A DNA stretch of 64,000 bases, from positions 53,706-117,705 of the forward strand of contig CAZWYP010000001.1 in NCBI GenBank assembly GCA_964638415.1. Reading direction: 5' to 3'. Origin of the DNA: an uncultured Gammaproteobacteria bacterium. GTDB taxonomy: Bacteria; Patescibacteriota; Patescibacteriia; UBA1558; GWA2-36-10. This document shows, one piece after another, positions 31,383-39,179 of the stretch (positions within the stretch are counted from its first letter, which is position 1; every line of letters starts with the position of its first letter). Position numbers and translations under genes: made by a program. Below the pieces are notes generated by a model. It ran no database searches. It had not been told where the DNA came from and saw nothing but the letters and a program-made list of their open reading frames with translations.

Positions 31383-32705
31383 TTAATTTTCTCGCAAATA
31401 GCCCCAATTATGCAGCTTGTCGCTGTCTTCAAACCAGCGGTCGCCGATATCGTCACGGTAGAACATGTTGGGGATTAAAATATTATTGACGCGGCTGTAC
31501 ATCTGCTGCTGGGCTTGTTTCATGGTGGAACCAGTGCCGACAATAACAAAGACTACACCCGACTCACCAGCTACTAGCCATTCTCCATTAATAACTTTAG
31601 CATCTTCTAAGTGAACGCCGTCAAAATTTTCTTTTCGGAAGAGAATTACTAAGTCTTTGGAAACCTCGGACTCATTTTTAACATCATGGCCATAAGGGAA
31701 AGGCGGTACCACAATGCGCAGGCCGGTTTGGAAGCCAGACTTAGTTTTAAATTTAGTCAAAGTGCCGGCGGCCATTTCATACAGAAAAGCGCCTGCTGGC
31801 ATATTAATGCCTTCAATCTGGATTTGGATAGTCGGATAGCCGAAGCGAGCGGTAAACTCCAAAGGATAAATGCCGTTATTATTGACAATGCAGTTCAAGT
31901 CAATGTAGCCGACATAATGCTGTTCTTTTAAGATTCCTTCCAGTTTTTTTAGAGTGTTATTGAATAAACGATTAGGCTCACTCCAAAACATACTGGTACC
32001 CATTTCCCCGGTCATTGGTCCGATATTTCCCGGAAACAACCTTTTGTGTTCAAAGTTTATATTGATCGGGTAAAGGAATTCATTGCCGTTGAAGAAAGCA
32101 CCGACCGCCACCTCCACTCCAGACACCCTTTTCTGCAATTGGAAGACTTTGATTTTGTCTGACCAGATTTTTTTATAGATATTGAGAACTTGCAAAACGT
32201 CTTTACCGTCTTCTTCTTCGCCGATAAACAAAAACCTTTTGACATTCTGGGCCTCACCAGAAGGCTTAATAACATAGCGGCCGGGATTATTTTTTACATA
32301 CTCAATGGCTTCGTCAAAATTGTAGAAGTCATGGTAAGGAATAATATTAATCCCTACTCTTTTTAATTCTTCCTGGCCAAAGCCGCGATCATCTTCCAAG
32401 CGGTCAGTGTAGGCAGTGCCGCCTACTACTAATTTGCCTTTGGTTCTCAGCTTTTCCGCCCAAGTGCCCATACCCAGGACATCATCAAAGACGATAATAT
32501 CCGCCCAAGCAACTTCTTTTTCCCAGTTATCTACTTTAGGGACCAAGCCATCGGCGCTATCCCGATCCCCCTTGTCTTTAATATAATATTTGACTTCGTG
32601 TCCTTCTTTATATACATGCCAAGCCAGGTCGCTGATTAAAGCATTGTAGGAAACAAACAAAAACTTTTTTGGCTCCATGGTCTTAGCCGAACCATTATTG
32701 TCCAT
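31383..32705 (-). CDS. phosphoribosylamine--glycine ligase (PurD/GARS)-like ATP-grasp enzyme, divergent
   Basis: 440 aa. Collinear with PurD: EHKRLFPGNIGPMTGEMGT (vs DHKRxxxxDxGPNTGGMGA), PLEFTARFGYPTIQ (vs IEFNCRFGDPETQ), GVVFVIVGTGSTMKQAQQQMY, and DIGDRW at the C-terminus. Confidence 0.7.
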   Translation of the reverse strand: MDNNGSAKTMEPKKFLFVSYNALISDLAWHVYKEGHEVKYYIKDKGDRDSADGLVPKVDNWEKEVAWADIIVFDDVLGMGTWAEKLRTKGKLVVGGTAYTDRLEDDRGFGQEELKRVGINIIPYHDFYNFDEAIEYVKNNPGRYVIKPSGEAQNVKRFLFIGEEEDGKDVLQVLNIYKKIWSDKIKVFQLQKRVSGVEVAVGAFFNGNEFLYPININFEHKRLFPGNIGPMTGEMGTSMFWSEPNRLFNNTLKKLEGILKEQHYVGYIDLNCIVNNNGIYPLEFTARFGYPTIQIQIEGINMPAGAFLYEMAAGTLTKFKTKSGFQTGLRIVVPPFPYGHDVKNESEVSKDLVILFRKENFDGVHLEDAKVINGEWLVAGESGVVFVIVGTGSTMKQAQQQMYSRVNNILIPNMFYRDDIGDRWFEDSDKLHNWGYLREN

Positions 32706-32848
32706 AAATTTAAAATAACAGGTATATTATAGCAGGTTTTCTGCATTTGCAAATAGCTAAGCTTAAAATTATTATGCTTGATAAAACCCTATTAGGTTAA
32801 CTAGTAATTTTTATTTACTTTAAGTGCCATTTTTAGTATAATATAACC

Positions 32849-33709
32849 ATGTCAAAAGTTAGAAAAGCCATTATTCCGGTAGCAGGACTAGGCACTCGCT
32901 TTTTGCCAGCTACCAAAGCCCAGCCCAAAGAAATGCTGTCGTTAGTGGATAAGCCGATTATCCAGTACATCGTAGAAGAAGCCGTAGCTTCGGGAATTGA
33001 GGAGATTATTTTTGTTACTTCGCAGAATAAGCGGGCAATTGAAGATCATTTTGACCGCAATTTTGAATTAGAATACCGCTTAAGGCAGAAGCATAAGAAT
33101 AAAGTATTGGAAGAGTTGTTAGCAATTTCCGATATGGCCCGCTTTATTTATGTTAGGCAAAAAACTCCCAAAGGATCAGGTCACGCTGTGCTTTGCGCGC
33201 GGGAATTAATTGGCGATGAGCCCTTTGCCTTGTTCTACGGAGATGATGTGGTGGATAGCAAAGTCCCAGCCATGAAACAGCTGATGAAAGTCTATGATAA
33301 ATACAATGACGTGGTTATTGGTGTTACTAAGGTAAATAAGAAAGATACTAGCAAATATGGTATTGTTGATCCGATTATGCTGGACGAGAAAACAGCGCAA
33401 ATCAAGAGGATAGTAGAAAAGCCAGATCCAGCCAAAGCTCCGTCCAATTTAGCTGTGACCGGAAGATATATTTTGCCGCCAGCTATTTTTGACTTATTAG
33501 CGGAAGCTAAGCCCGCTAAAGACGGTGAGATTTATATGACGGAAGCGATTGATAAGTATATCAAACAGCAAGCCGGTTATGCTTGCGCTTATTCCGGCAC
33601 CTACTATGACTGTGGCAATAAGCTGGGATTCACCAAAGCAGTAATTAACTTTGCCCTCAAACATCCGGATATTAGGCAGCCACTAAAAAAGTATTTAAAA
33701 GAATTATAG
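32849..33709 (+). CDS. galU: UTP--glucose-1-phosphate uridylyltransferase
   Basis: N-terminal KAIIPVAGLGTRFLPATKAQPKEML, and VEKP later in the sequence. 286 aa. Confidence 0.9.
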   Translation: MSKVRKAIIPVAGLGTRFLPATKAQPKEMLSLVDKPIIQYIVEEAVASGIEEIIFVTSQNKRAIEDHFDRNFELEYRLRQKHKNKVLEELLAISDMARFIYVRQKTPKGSGHAVLCARELIGDEPFALFYGDDVVDSKVPAMKQLMKVYDKYNDVVIGVTKVNKKDTSKYGIVDPIMLDEKTAQIKRIVEKPDPAKAPSNLAVTGRYILPPAIFDLLAEAKPAKDGEIYMTEAIDKYIKQQAGYACAYSGTYYDCGNKLGFTKAVINFALKHPDIRQPLKKYLKEL

Positions 33710-33711
33710 CT

Positions 33712-35076
33712 ATGAAAAGATTGAGAATTATCTCTTTATTAATCCTAGCCATTTTCTTGGTTACCACCGGTTTGGGTTGTAAAAACCCTATTTTAAAAGG
33801 GGAGGCTTTTAAACCGATTACCTTAACTTATTGGGGGGTATGGGATACTCCAGAGCAATTAGATAGCCTGATCAAAGCTTACCAAAGCAGCCACCCAACC
33901 ATTAAGGTCCAATACCGGAATTTCCGTTATGATGAATATGAGGCTAAGTTGTCGGAGGCTTTATGGGAAGACAGATTGCCTGATGTTTTTGCTATTCCCG
34001 CTGCTTGGCTAAGAGAATACCAAGACCGTCTAGAACCGATGCCCAAGAGCGTGCAGATACCGGTTAAGCAAGTGCAAGGCACGGTTAAAAAAGAGGAAAT
34101 TACTTCTCTGCAGACCATTAACAGCCTGTCGGTAAATGATATAAAGCGGCAGTACGTACAAGTTGTTTATGATAATGTAGTATTGGATAACAAGATTTAC
34201 GGCTTACCATATACAATGGATACTTTAGTGACCTTCTACAATCTTGATCTTTTAACCAGGGCGGGTATTGCCGAGCCCATTGTTGATTTTCATGATTTAG
34301 ACGCGCAGACTCCAAAGCTATCTAAAATTGGCACAGATAACAAGATTTATCAGTCAGCCGTAGCTCTAGGAGCTGCCGATAATATTCCCCGTTATTTTGA
34401 CATACTTTCTAGTATTATGATGGAAAACGGCGTGGAAATGAAAGGCCCAAGCTTTAGTCCTACTAGAGAGAAAGAGTCTGCAGATAGGTTTTTGAGTGCG
34501 CTAAATTTTTATTTAGCTTTTTCTGATCAAACCAAACAAGCTTTTTCCTGGACTCCAGACCTGCCCAATGCTTTTGAACAATTTGCTGAAGGAAAATTAG
34601 CTTACTTTTTCGGCTATAGTTACCATGCAGATGAATTACGCAAGCGAGGCGTTGCTTTTGAATGGGATATTGCTAATTTCCCGCAGGCCCGAGGATCGTC
34701 CGGCACCAAATACTACGCTAATTATTGGGTAAATGTCGTACCAAAGAAAGCTAAAAATAAGGACGCGGCCTGGAATTTTGTGCAAAGCACCGCCGGAGAA
34801 TCTTTAGTCAAGGATTATTTGCAGGAGAATAATAAACCAACCGCTTTGCGAAGCTTAATAGATGATCAATTACAGGATGAGGACATTAGGGTGTTTGCCT
34901 CTCAAGTTTTAACAGCAGATAATTGGTATCAGGGTTATGATATTAACGCTGCTGAACAGTATTTGGCTAATTTGATCAATGGTTTGCAGTCGGGAGAATT
35001 AGTTTTGGATAAGGAAGGGACAGTGATTGGCTTATTTATTAACCAAGTGAATCAAACTTATAAAAAACCAGAATGA
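33712..35076 (+). CDS. extracellular solute-binding-protein-like lipoprotein (SBP family 1-like)
   Basis: Signal peptide ending in LGC (lipobox-like). TYWGVWD and overall SBP_bac_1-like composition. No adjacent permease or ATPase genes. The stop overlaps the start of the next gene (ATGA). Confidence 0.6.
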   Translation: MKRLRIISLLILAIFLVTTGLGCKNPILKGEAFKPITLTYWGVWDTPEQLDSLIKAYQSSHPTIKVQYRNFRYDEYEAKLSEALWEDRLPDVFAIPAAWLREYQDRLEPMPKSVQIPVKQVQGTVKKEEITSLQTINSLSVNDIKRQYVQVVYDNVVLDNKIYGLPYTMDTLVTFYNLDLLTRAGIAEPIVDFHDLDAQTPKLSKIGTDNKIYQSAVALGAADNIPRYFDILSSIMMENGVEMKGPSFSPTREKESADRFLSALNFYLAFSDQTKQAFSWTPDLPNAFEQFAEGKLAYFFGYSYHADELRKRGVAFEWDIANFPQARGSSGTKYYANYWVNVVPKKAKNKDAAWNFVQSTAGESLVKDYLQENNKPTALRSLIDDQLQDEDIRVFASQVLTADNWYQGYDINAAEQYLANLINGLQSGELVLDKEGTVIGLFINQVNQTYKKPE

Positions 35077-36149
35077 AAAAAATAAACTGGTTTATTATTT
35101 CCCTTATATTTTTTTCGGCACCAGTAGTAGCTAGGGCAGGAATATTGGATGCTTTAGGTTGTATTCCTACCGGCACTTGCGGTTTGGCTGATGTTGAGCT
35201 CGGTTTTCAATTATTAACTAACTGGTTATTGTCAGCTATTGGCGCCTTGGGCTTATTATATTTTATCTGGGGGGCTGGCCAGTGGATCACTTCTTACGGC
35301 CGAGCAGAAAAGGTTTCTCATGGCCGAGAAATCATGATGGGATCGGTAACAGCTATAGTAATCGCTTTGGTTAGTTATGTATTAATTCAGTTTTTTGTTA
35401 ATGATGTTTTATTGGGAGGAAATAATAATGAATTAAGGATTTCTCTGGAGTGCGTAAATGCCGCTCAAGGAAAAGTTTGTAATGAGCCATTAAGAAACTA
35501 CGTCTGTAGCGGCACGTTTACTGAGGATGATAAGAAGACTTACAGCAATCTTTGTGTTACCCGTTGCCAGTTGCAGAATATTACCGGCGTACCCGGTGAT
35601 TGGAGTTGCTTAGTCAAGGGTAGTTTTATTGATAATGATCGGGTAGAAAAAATGGAAAGCGCTTGCCCGACAGAAGACTATATTTGTGTTAACACTCAGA
35701 CAGTCTCTAAACAAACTTTTGTGCCGCCTAGTGGCGGAGTTGGCGGCACAGGCTCTTGTGGCGGATTGGATGTTAGAGGCATTAATACCGCTCAGTGCAA
35801 TGATGCTTCTGCCGGCTTAACGGCTTTGTTAAGATGTTTAAGCTCTTTGCCTAATTTTCAACAGCAAGTAGTGATTACGAGTATTTCTGATGACCGTCAT
35901 ATTGGCAATTTGCAGGACTGCCAAGGAGATAGATATAATAGCAGCAGCTGTGTTCATACGCGCAACTCCTGTCATTATGGCGGAAGAGATTTGCGGCCAT
36001 ATTCTTGTGCAGTAGATTTGGCTTTAAGAGGCGGCGGTATTAGTTTTAGTGATATAGAGGCTATGGCTGACGGTTGCGGCGCTCAATATACCCTTAATGA
36101 AGGAGATCATGTTCATGCCAGTGTTTCCGGATGTAATTGTGATAATTAA
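35073..36149 (+). CDS. TrbC/VirB2-like T4SS-pilin-fold protein fused to a Cys-rich C-terminal domain ending in a putative LAS/M15-like zinc peptidase module
   Basis: Signal peptide, then two hydrophobic helices flanking WITSYG and a basic loop (shared with the four downstream paralogs). This is followed by about 240 aa with more than 20 Cys. The C-terminus (SCHYGG...SCAVDL...ADGCGAQY...GDHVHASV) resembles Peptidase_M15 / DUF882 zinc ligand motifs. Confidence 0.6.
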   Translation: MKKINWFIISLIFFSAPVVARAGILDALGCIPTGTCGLADVELGFQLLTNWLLSAIGALGLLYFIWGAGQWITSYGRAEKVSHGREIMMGSVTAIVIALVSYVLIQFFVNDVLLGGNNNELRISLECVNAAQGKVCNEPLRNYVCSGTFTEDDKKTYSNLCVTRCQLQNITGVPGDWSCLVKGSFIDNDRVEKMESACPTEDYICVNTQTVSKQTFVPPSGGVGGTGSCGGLDVRGINTAQCNDASAGLTALLRCLSSLPNFQQQVVITSISDDRHIGNLQDCQGDRYNSSSCVHTRNSCHYGGRDLRPYSCAVDLALRGGGISFSDIEAMADGCGAQYTLNEGDHVHASVSGCNCDN

Positions 36150-36157
36150 TCATATTA

Positions 36158-37111
36158 ATGAATAAAAGAAAATTCATTCTTGGTATTTTATTAATTAGCT
36201 GGCCACTATCTGTTCAAGCTGGTATTTTGGATAATTTATCTTGTGTCAGCACTGGAGCCTGCGGTTTATCTGATGTAGAATCCGGCTTTCAGCTGCTTAC
36301 TAACTGGTTATTAGGTGGGATTGGCGCTTTAGGCTTATTATATTTTATCTGGGGAGCTGGTCAGTGGATTACTTCGTATGGCCAACCTAACAAAATAGAA
36401 AAGGGCCGGGAAATCATGATGGGATCGGTGATTGCCATTGTTATTGCTTTGATTAGTTTTATTCTGGTGCAATTTTTTGTTAATGATGTATTATTAGGCG
36501 GGCAAAATAGCGACTTTAGAGTAAGTAGTGAATGTGTCGGGGCTAATCAGGGCAAAATTTGCAATGCTCCTTTGAGAAACTATGTCTGCAGCGGACAGTT
36601 TACTGAACCAGCTAAGCAAAATGCCAGCAATTTATGTATTACTGAATGTGAGTTAAAAAGTTTAATCGGTGAAGATAAATGGATTTGCGTTGATCGTAAA
36701 TTTGCCGAAGAGCTTGAGGAGGCATTTGAAGGCGCTAGTACTGAAGATGGTTGTCCGTCCGAGGAGCAGGTTTGTTTGAATTTATCTAGTGTCCCGGAGA
36801 ATGTTTTAAATTCTGGCGCTAATGGTGCCAATGCCGGTGAAGATTATCCTGGTTGTTGTCAGCTGGGATTTCAGAACTGTGAACCAAGTTCCGCTGAAGA
36901 TTGTCGCGCTCAATCTGGACAATTCTTTTCTCGCTCCTGCGGCCAAGTTAATTTTTGCAATTCTGGTTATGTACAGCAGAGCCATGGTTGTTGTGTAAGC
37001 GAATCCTCTCCAATTTCCTGTCAGGATGTTTCCCAAGGAGATGTTTGCGAGGAGAATGGTAACACTTTAATACCTTACCAGAATTGTAGTGAGCTTGATT
37101 ATTGCAATTAA
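36158..37111 (+). CDS. TrbC/VirB2-like T4SS-pilin-fold protein fused to a distinct Cys-rich C-terminal domain
   Basis: The N-terminal ~125 aa are about 75% identical to the preceding gene (GALGLLYFIWGAGQWITSYG...REIMMGSV...QFFVNDVLLGG). The C-terminal ~190 aa have more than 25 Cys. The first ~45 aa of this domain are shared with the paralog; the rest diverges. Confidence 0.6.
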   Translation: MNKRKFILGILLISWPLSVQAGILDNLSCVSTGACGLSDVESGFQLLTNWLLGGIGALGLLYFIWGAGQWITSYGQPNKIEKGREIMMGSVIAIVIALISFILVQFFVNDVLLGGQNSDFRVSSECVGANQGKICNAPLRNYVCSGQFTEPAKQNASNLCITECELKSLIGEDKWICVDRKFAEELEEAFEGASTEDGCPSEEQVCLNLSSVPENVLNSGANGANAGEDYPGCCQLGFQNCEPSSAEDCRAQSGQFFSRSCGQVNFCNSGYVQQSHGCCVSESSPISCQDVSQGDVCEENGNTLIPYQNCSELDYCN

Positions 37112-37136
37112 ACAAAAATTAAATTATATTTTATCT

Positions 37137-37466
37137 ATGAGTAAGCAAAAAAACAAGTTATTATTTGCCACTATTACCGGATTATTCTTACCCTTAGCCA
37201 GCCAGGCCGCAGTCAGTCTCAGTAATCCTTTGCAAGCAGATAGCTTGCCGGAGCTAATTAATAACGTCATTAAAGGATTGTTGGGAGTGGTGGGAGCTAT
37301 TTCTTTATTGATGATAGTAATTGGCGGAATTTTATGGATGACTTCTGGTGGTAACTCGGACCGCATTAAGCGCGGTAAAGACACCTTGGTTTGGGCGGTT
37401 ATTGGCTTAGTGGTAGTTTTCTTGAGTTATGCCATTATTAATTTTGTTTTCCAGTCATTAGGTTAA
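37137..37466 (+). CDS. TrbC/VirB2-like T4SS pilin-like small protein
   Basis: 109 aa. Signal peptide (LPLASQAA), helix 1, WMTSGGN motif, basic loop (SDRIKRGKD), helix 2. Start set at the internal ATG 37137; the track ORF begins at 37089. Confidence 0.6.
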   Translation: MSKQKNKLLFATITGLFLPLASQAAVSLSNPLQADSLPELINNVIKGLLGVVGAISLLMIVIGGILWMTSGGNSDRIKRGKDTLVWAVIGLVVVFLSYAIINFVFQSLG

Positions 37467-37545
37467 ACTCAGATTGAAAAAAAATATAAATTATTGTATA
37501 ATACATTTATAAATATTAAAGATTTTTTGGAAAGGGGGTGACATA

Positions 37546-37893
37546 ATGAAAAAAATTATCGCAGGTCTATTGTTATTTATGCCCATGATGGCTTCCGCAC
37601 AAGATGTTTTTGGTATTAATGATTTAAATAACAGTAATTTAGGAACCGCTGATCTTAAAACCACGATTAATCAGATTTTGTCCGTGATTTTGGGATTTTT
37701 AGGAATCATTGCTACCCTGATTATTTTGTTAGGTGGATTCAAATGGATGACTTCACAAGGTAATAGTGATAAGGTGGATGAAGCTAAGAAATTAATTGGC
37801 GCCGGCATCGTCGGTTTAGTGATCATCTTAGCCGCTTACGCCATTGTCCGTTTCGTCTTGACAGAAGTTTACGACGCTACCCAAGAAGCATAA
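37546..37893 (+). CDS. TrbC/VirB2-like T4SS pilin-like small protein
   Basis: 115 aa. Strong RBS AAAGGGGGTGA upstream. Signal peptide (MMASAQD), helix 1, KWMTSQGNSDKVDEAKK loop, helix 2. Confidence 0.65.
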   Translation: MKKIIAGLLLFMPMMASAQDVFGINDLNNSNLGTADLKTTINQILSVILGFLGIIATLIILLGGFKWMTSQGNSDKVDEAKKLIGAGIVGLVIILAAYAIVRFVLTEVYDATQEA

Positions 37894-37913
37894 TTTTGAC
37901 TATCTTTATTTAT

Positions 37914-37954
37914 TATAGTCTAGACTATAGTAGGTCAAAATTTTTGACCTACTA
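37914..37954. promoter_or_regulatory. two adjacent perfect palindromes (candidate operator) between pilin-like genes 4 and 5
   Basis: TATAGTCT|AGACTATA (37914..37929) and TAGTAGGTCAAAA-t-TTTTGACCTACTA (37928..37954), read directly from the sequence. Not followed by a U-run on the plus strand. Confidence 0.4.
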
Positions 37955-37976
37955 AGGCGTGGATTATAAACTACAT

Positions 37977-38360
37977 ATGCTAAAAAAAATATTTGCTTTT
38001 CTTCTTTTATTGCCTTCAACAGCCAATGCTTTGACTGCTGCCGACACTGGTTTGGATGACGCTGCTTCCGGCACCGGTCTTAATATGGATTTAACTTTAA
38101 GTGGCTGGGTTAGTTTGATTATCCGAGGATTTTTAGGACTATTAGCCACCATCTTTATTATCATGATTATCGTTGGCGGTTTTCAATGGATGACTTCCGG
38201 CGGTAATGAGAAAAAGATAGAATCAGCCAAAGGTATGATTAGCAATGCGGTAATTGGTGTGGTAATTGTTGTAATTTCCTATGCTATTACTATTTTTGTC
38301 TTCGAAGTCTTATTGGATACTGACGGTAGTGATGGAGGAGACGGTTTCGGCGGCGGTTAA
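37977..38360 (+). CDS. TrbC/VirB2-like T4SS pilin-like small protein with a Gly/Asp-rich C-terminal tail
   Basis: Signal peptide (LLLPSTANA), helix 1, QWMTSGGNEKKIESAKG loop, helix 2, then the tail DTDGSDGGDGFGGG. An alternative GTG start lies at 37959. Confidence 0.6.
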   Translation: MLKKIFAFLLLLPSTANALTAADTGLDDAASGTGLNMDLTLSGWVSLIIRGFLGLLATIFIIMIIVGGFQWMTSGGNEKKIESAKGMISNAVIGVVIVVISYAITIFVFEVLLDTDGSDGGDGFGGG

Positions 38361-38376
38361 ATTTTTAGATAAAGAT

Positions 38377-38409
38377 AAAACCCGTTAAGTAAAACTTAAC
38401 GGGTTTTTT
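38377..38409. terminator. bidirectional rho-independent terminator
   Basis: AAAA-CCCGTTAAG-taaaa-CTTAACGGG-TTTTTT between convergent genes. Likely ends the long plus-strand operon. Confidence 0.8.
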
Positions 38410-38426
38410 AGTGAAGGAGATCGCTG

Positions 38427-39077
38427 CTATCTGGTGGCGTAAAGGTGAGCCACCCAGTCTATTCGGCGGCCCTGCCAATCTTGATCTTTCTTTTCTCGAT
38501 CAATGTACAGAGTGAAGCGGTAGGTTTTTTTAAACCCATCTTCCCTCTGGTAGAGAAAATTAATTTGGCCAGGAGCCACAGCAGTAATTTCACTGTATTG
38601 ACTGGGATACAGTAAGCCATACTGGTTGCCGCGGTCATCCCAAGCATAGACCGGCCAAGGAGTGGAATTAACCACAATTCCCATTTGCAAGACAATGTCT
38701 CGCAAAAAGTTGTCGTCCAGTATAACGGATACCGTGTCTGAAAGTCTTCCTGGCTTTTCCACGCCGATCTTGTACTCATCGTCTTGCCAGCCGTTTTCTT
38801 CCCACCACTTGACGACAAAGGTGATGAGGTCGCGGCGGTCGGGATAAAAAAGCTCGGTTTCTCCCGGGCGAATCAGAATCATGTCGGTTGTGCCGGCATT
38901 CGTCTTGTGCCCAACAAAGACCTCATGTTCAGCGCTGTCGGGATTGGTGAAGGCGATAATTGCCTTTTGAGCATAGGGTTGTTCATGCTGCAATGATTTC
39001 TGGTAGCGATGAGCGCACCCACAATAGCTTGCAGAAGCTAACAGTAGGCCAAAAATGGCCAAATTTTGCCACTTCAT
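38427..39077 (-). CDS. secreted hypothetical protein
   Basis: 216 aa with an N-terminal signal peptide (MKWQNLAIFGLLLASASY). No recognisable domain. Local composition appears more GC-rich than neighbouring genes; this is a visual impression only. Confidence 0.5.
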   Translation of the reverse strand: MKWQNLAIFGLLLASASYCGCAHRYQKSLQHEQPYAQKAIIAFTNPDSAEHEVFVGHKTNAGTTDMILIRPGETELFYPDRRDLITFVVKWWEENGWQDDEYKIGVEKPGRLSDTVSVILDDNFLRDIVLQMGIVVNSTPWPVYAWDDRGNQYGLLYPSQYSEITAVAPGQINFLYQREDGFKKTYRFTLYIDREKKDQDWQGRRIDWVAHLYATR

Positions 39078-39179
39078 GGTTGTTCTCCGGTGTTTGTTGT
39101 ATGGAACTGATTATCATATAATTATACTCTTTTTTATTATTTTTGTCAAGATTAGTTAAAATTGTGTTATAATTAGTTT

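Noticed and set aside
36580-37036. Antisense ORFs 36580..36831 and 36806..37036 within the second Cys-rich pilin-fold gene
   Set aside because: They are embedded antisense to a gene supported by strong paralogy to its neighbour. No motifs.
37089-37136. Upstream extension of the third pilin-like ORF
   Set aside because: It would overlap the stop of the preceding gene and lacks a signal-peptide start. The internal ATG at 37137 gives a canonical signal peptide.
38459-38996. Three alternative-frame ORFs (38459..38818 minus, 38662..38847 plus, 38784..38996 plus) inside the 38427..39077 gene
   Set aside because: The 216-aa minus-strand frame is longest, starts with a signal peptide and spans all of them. 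The others are shorter and compositionally odd.
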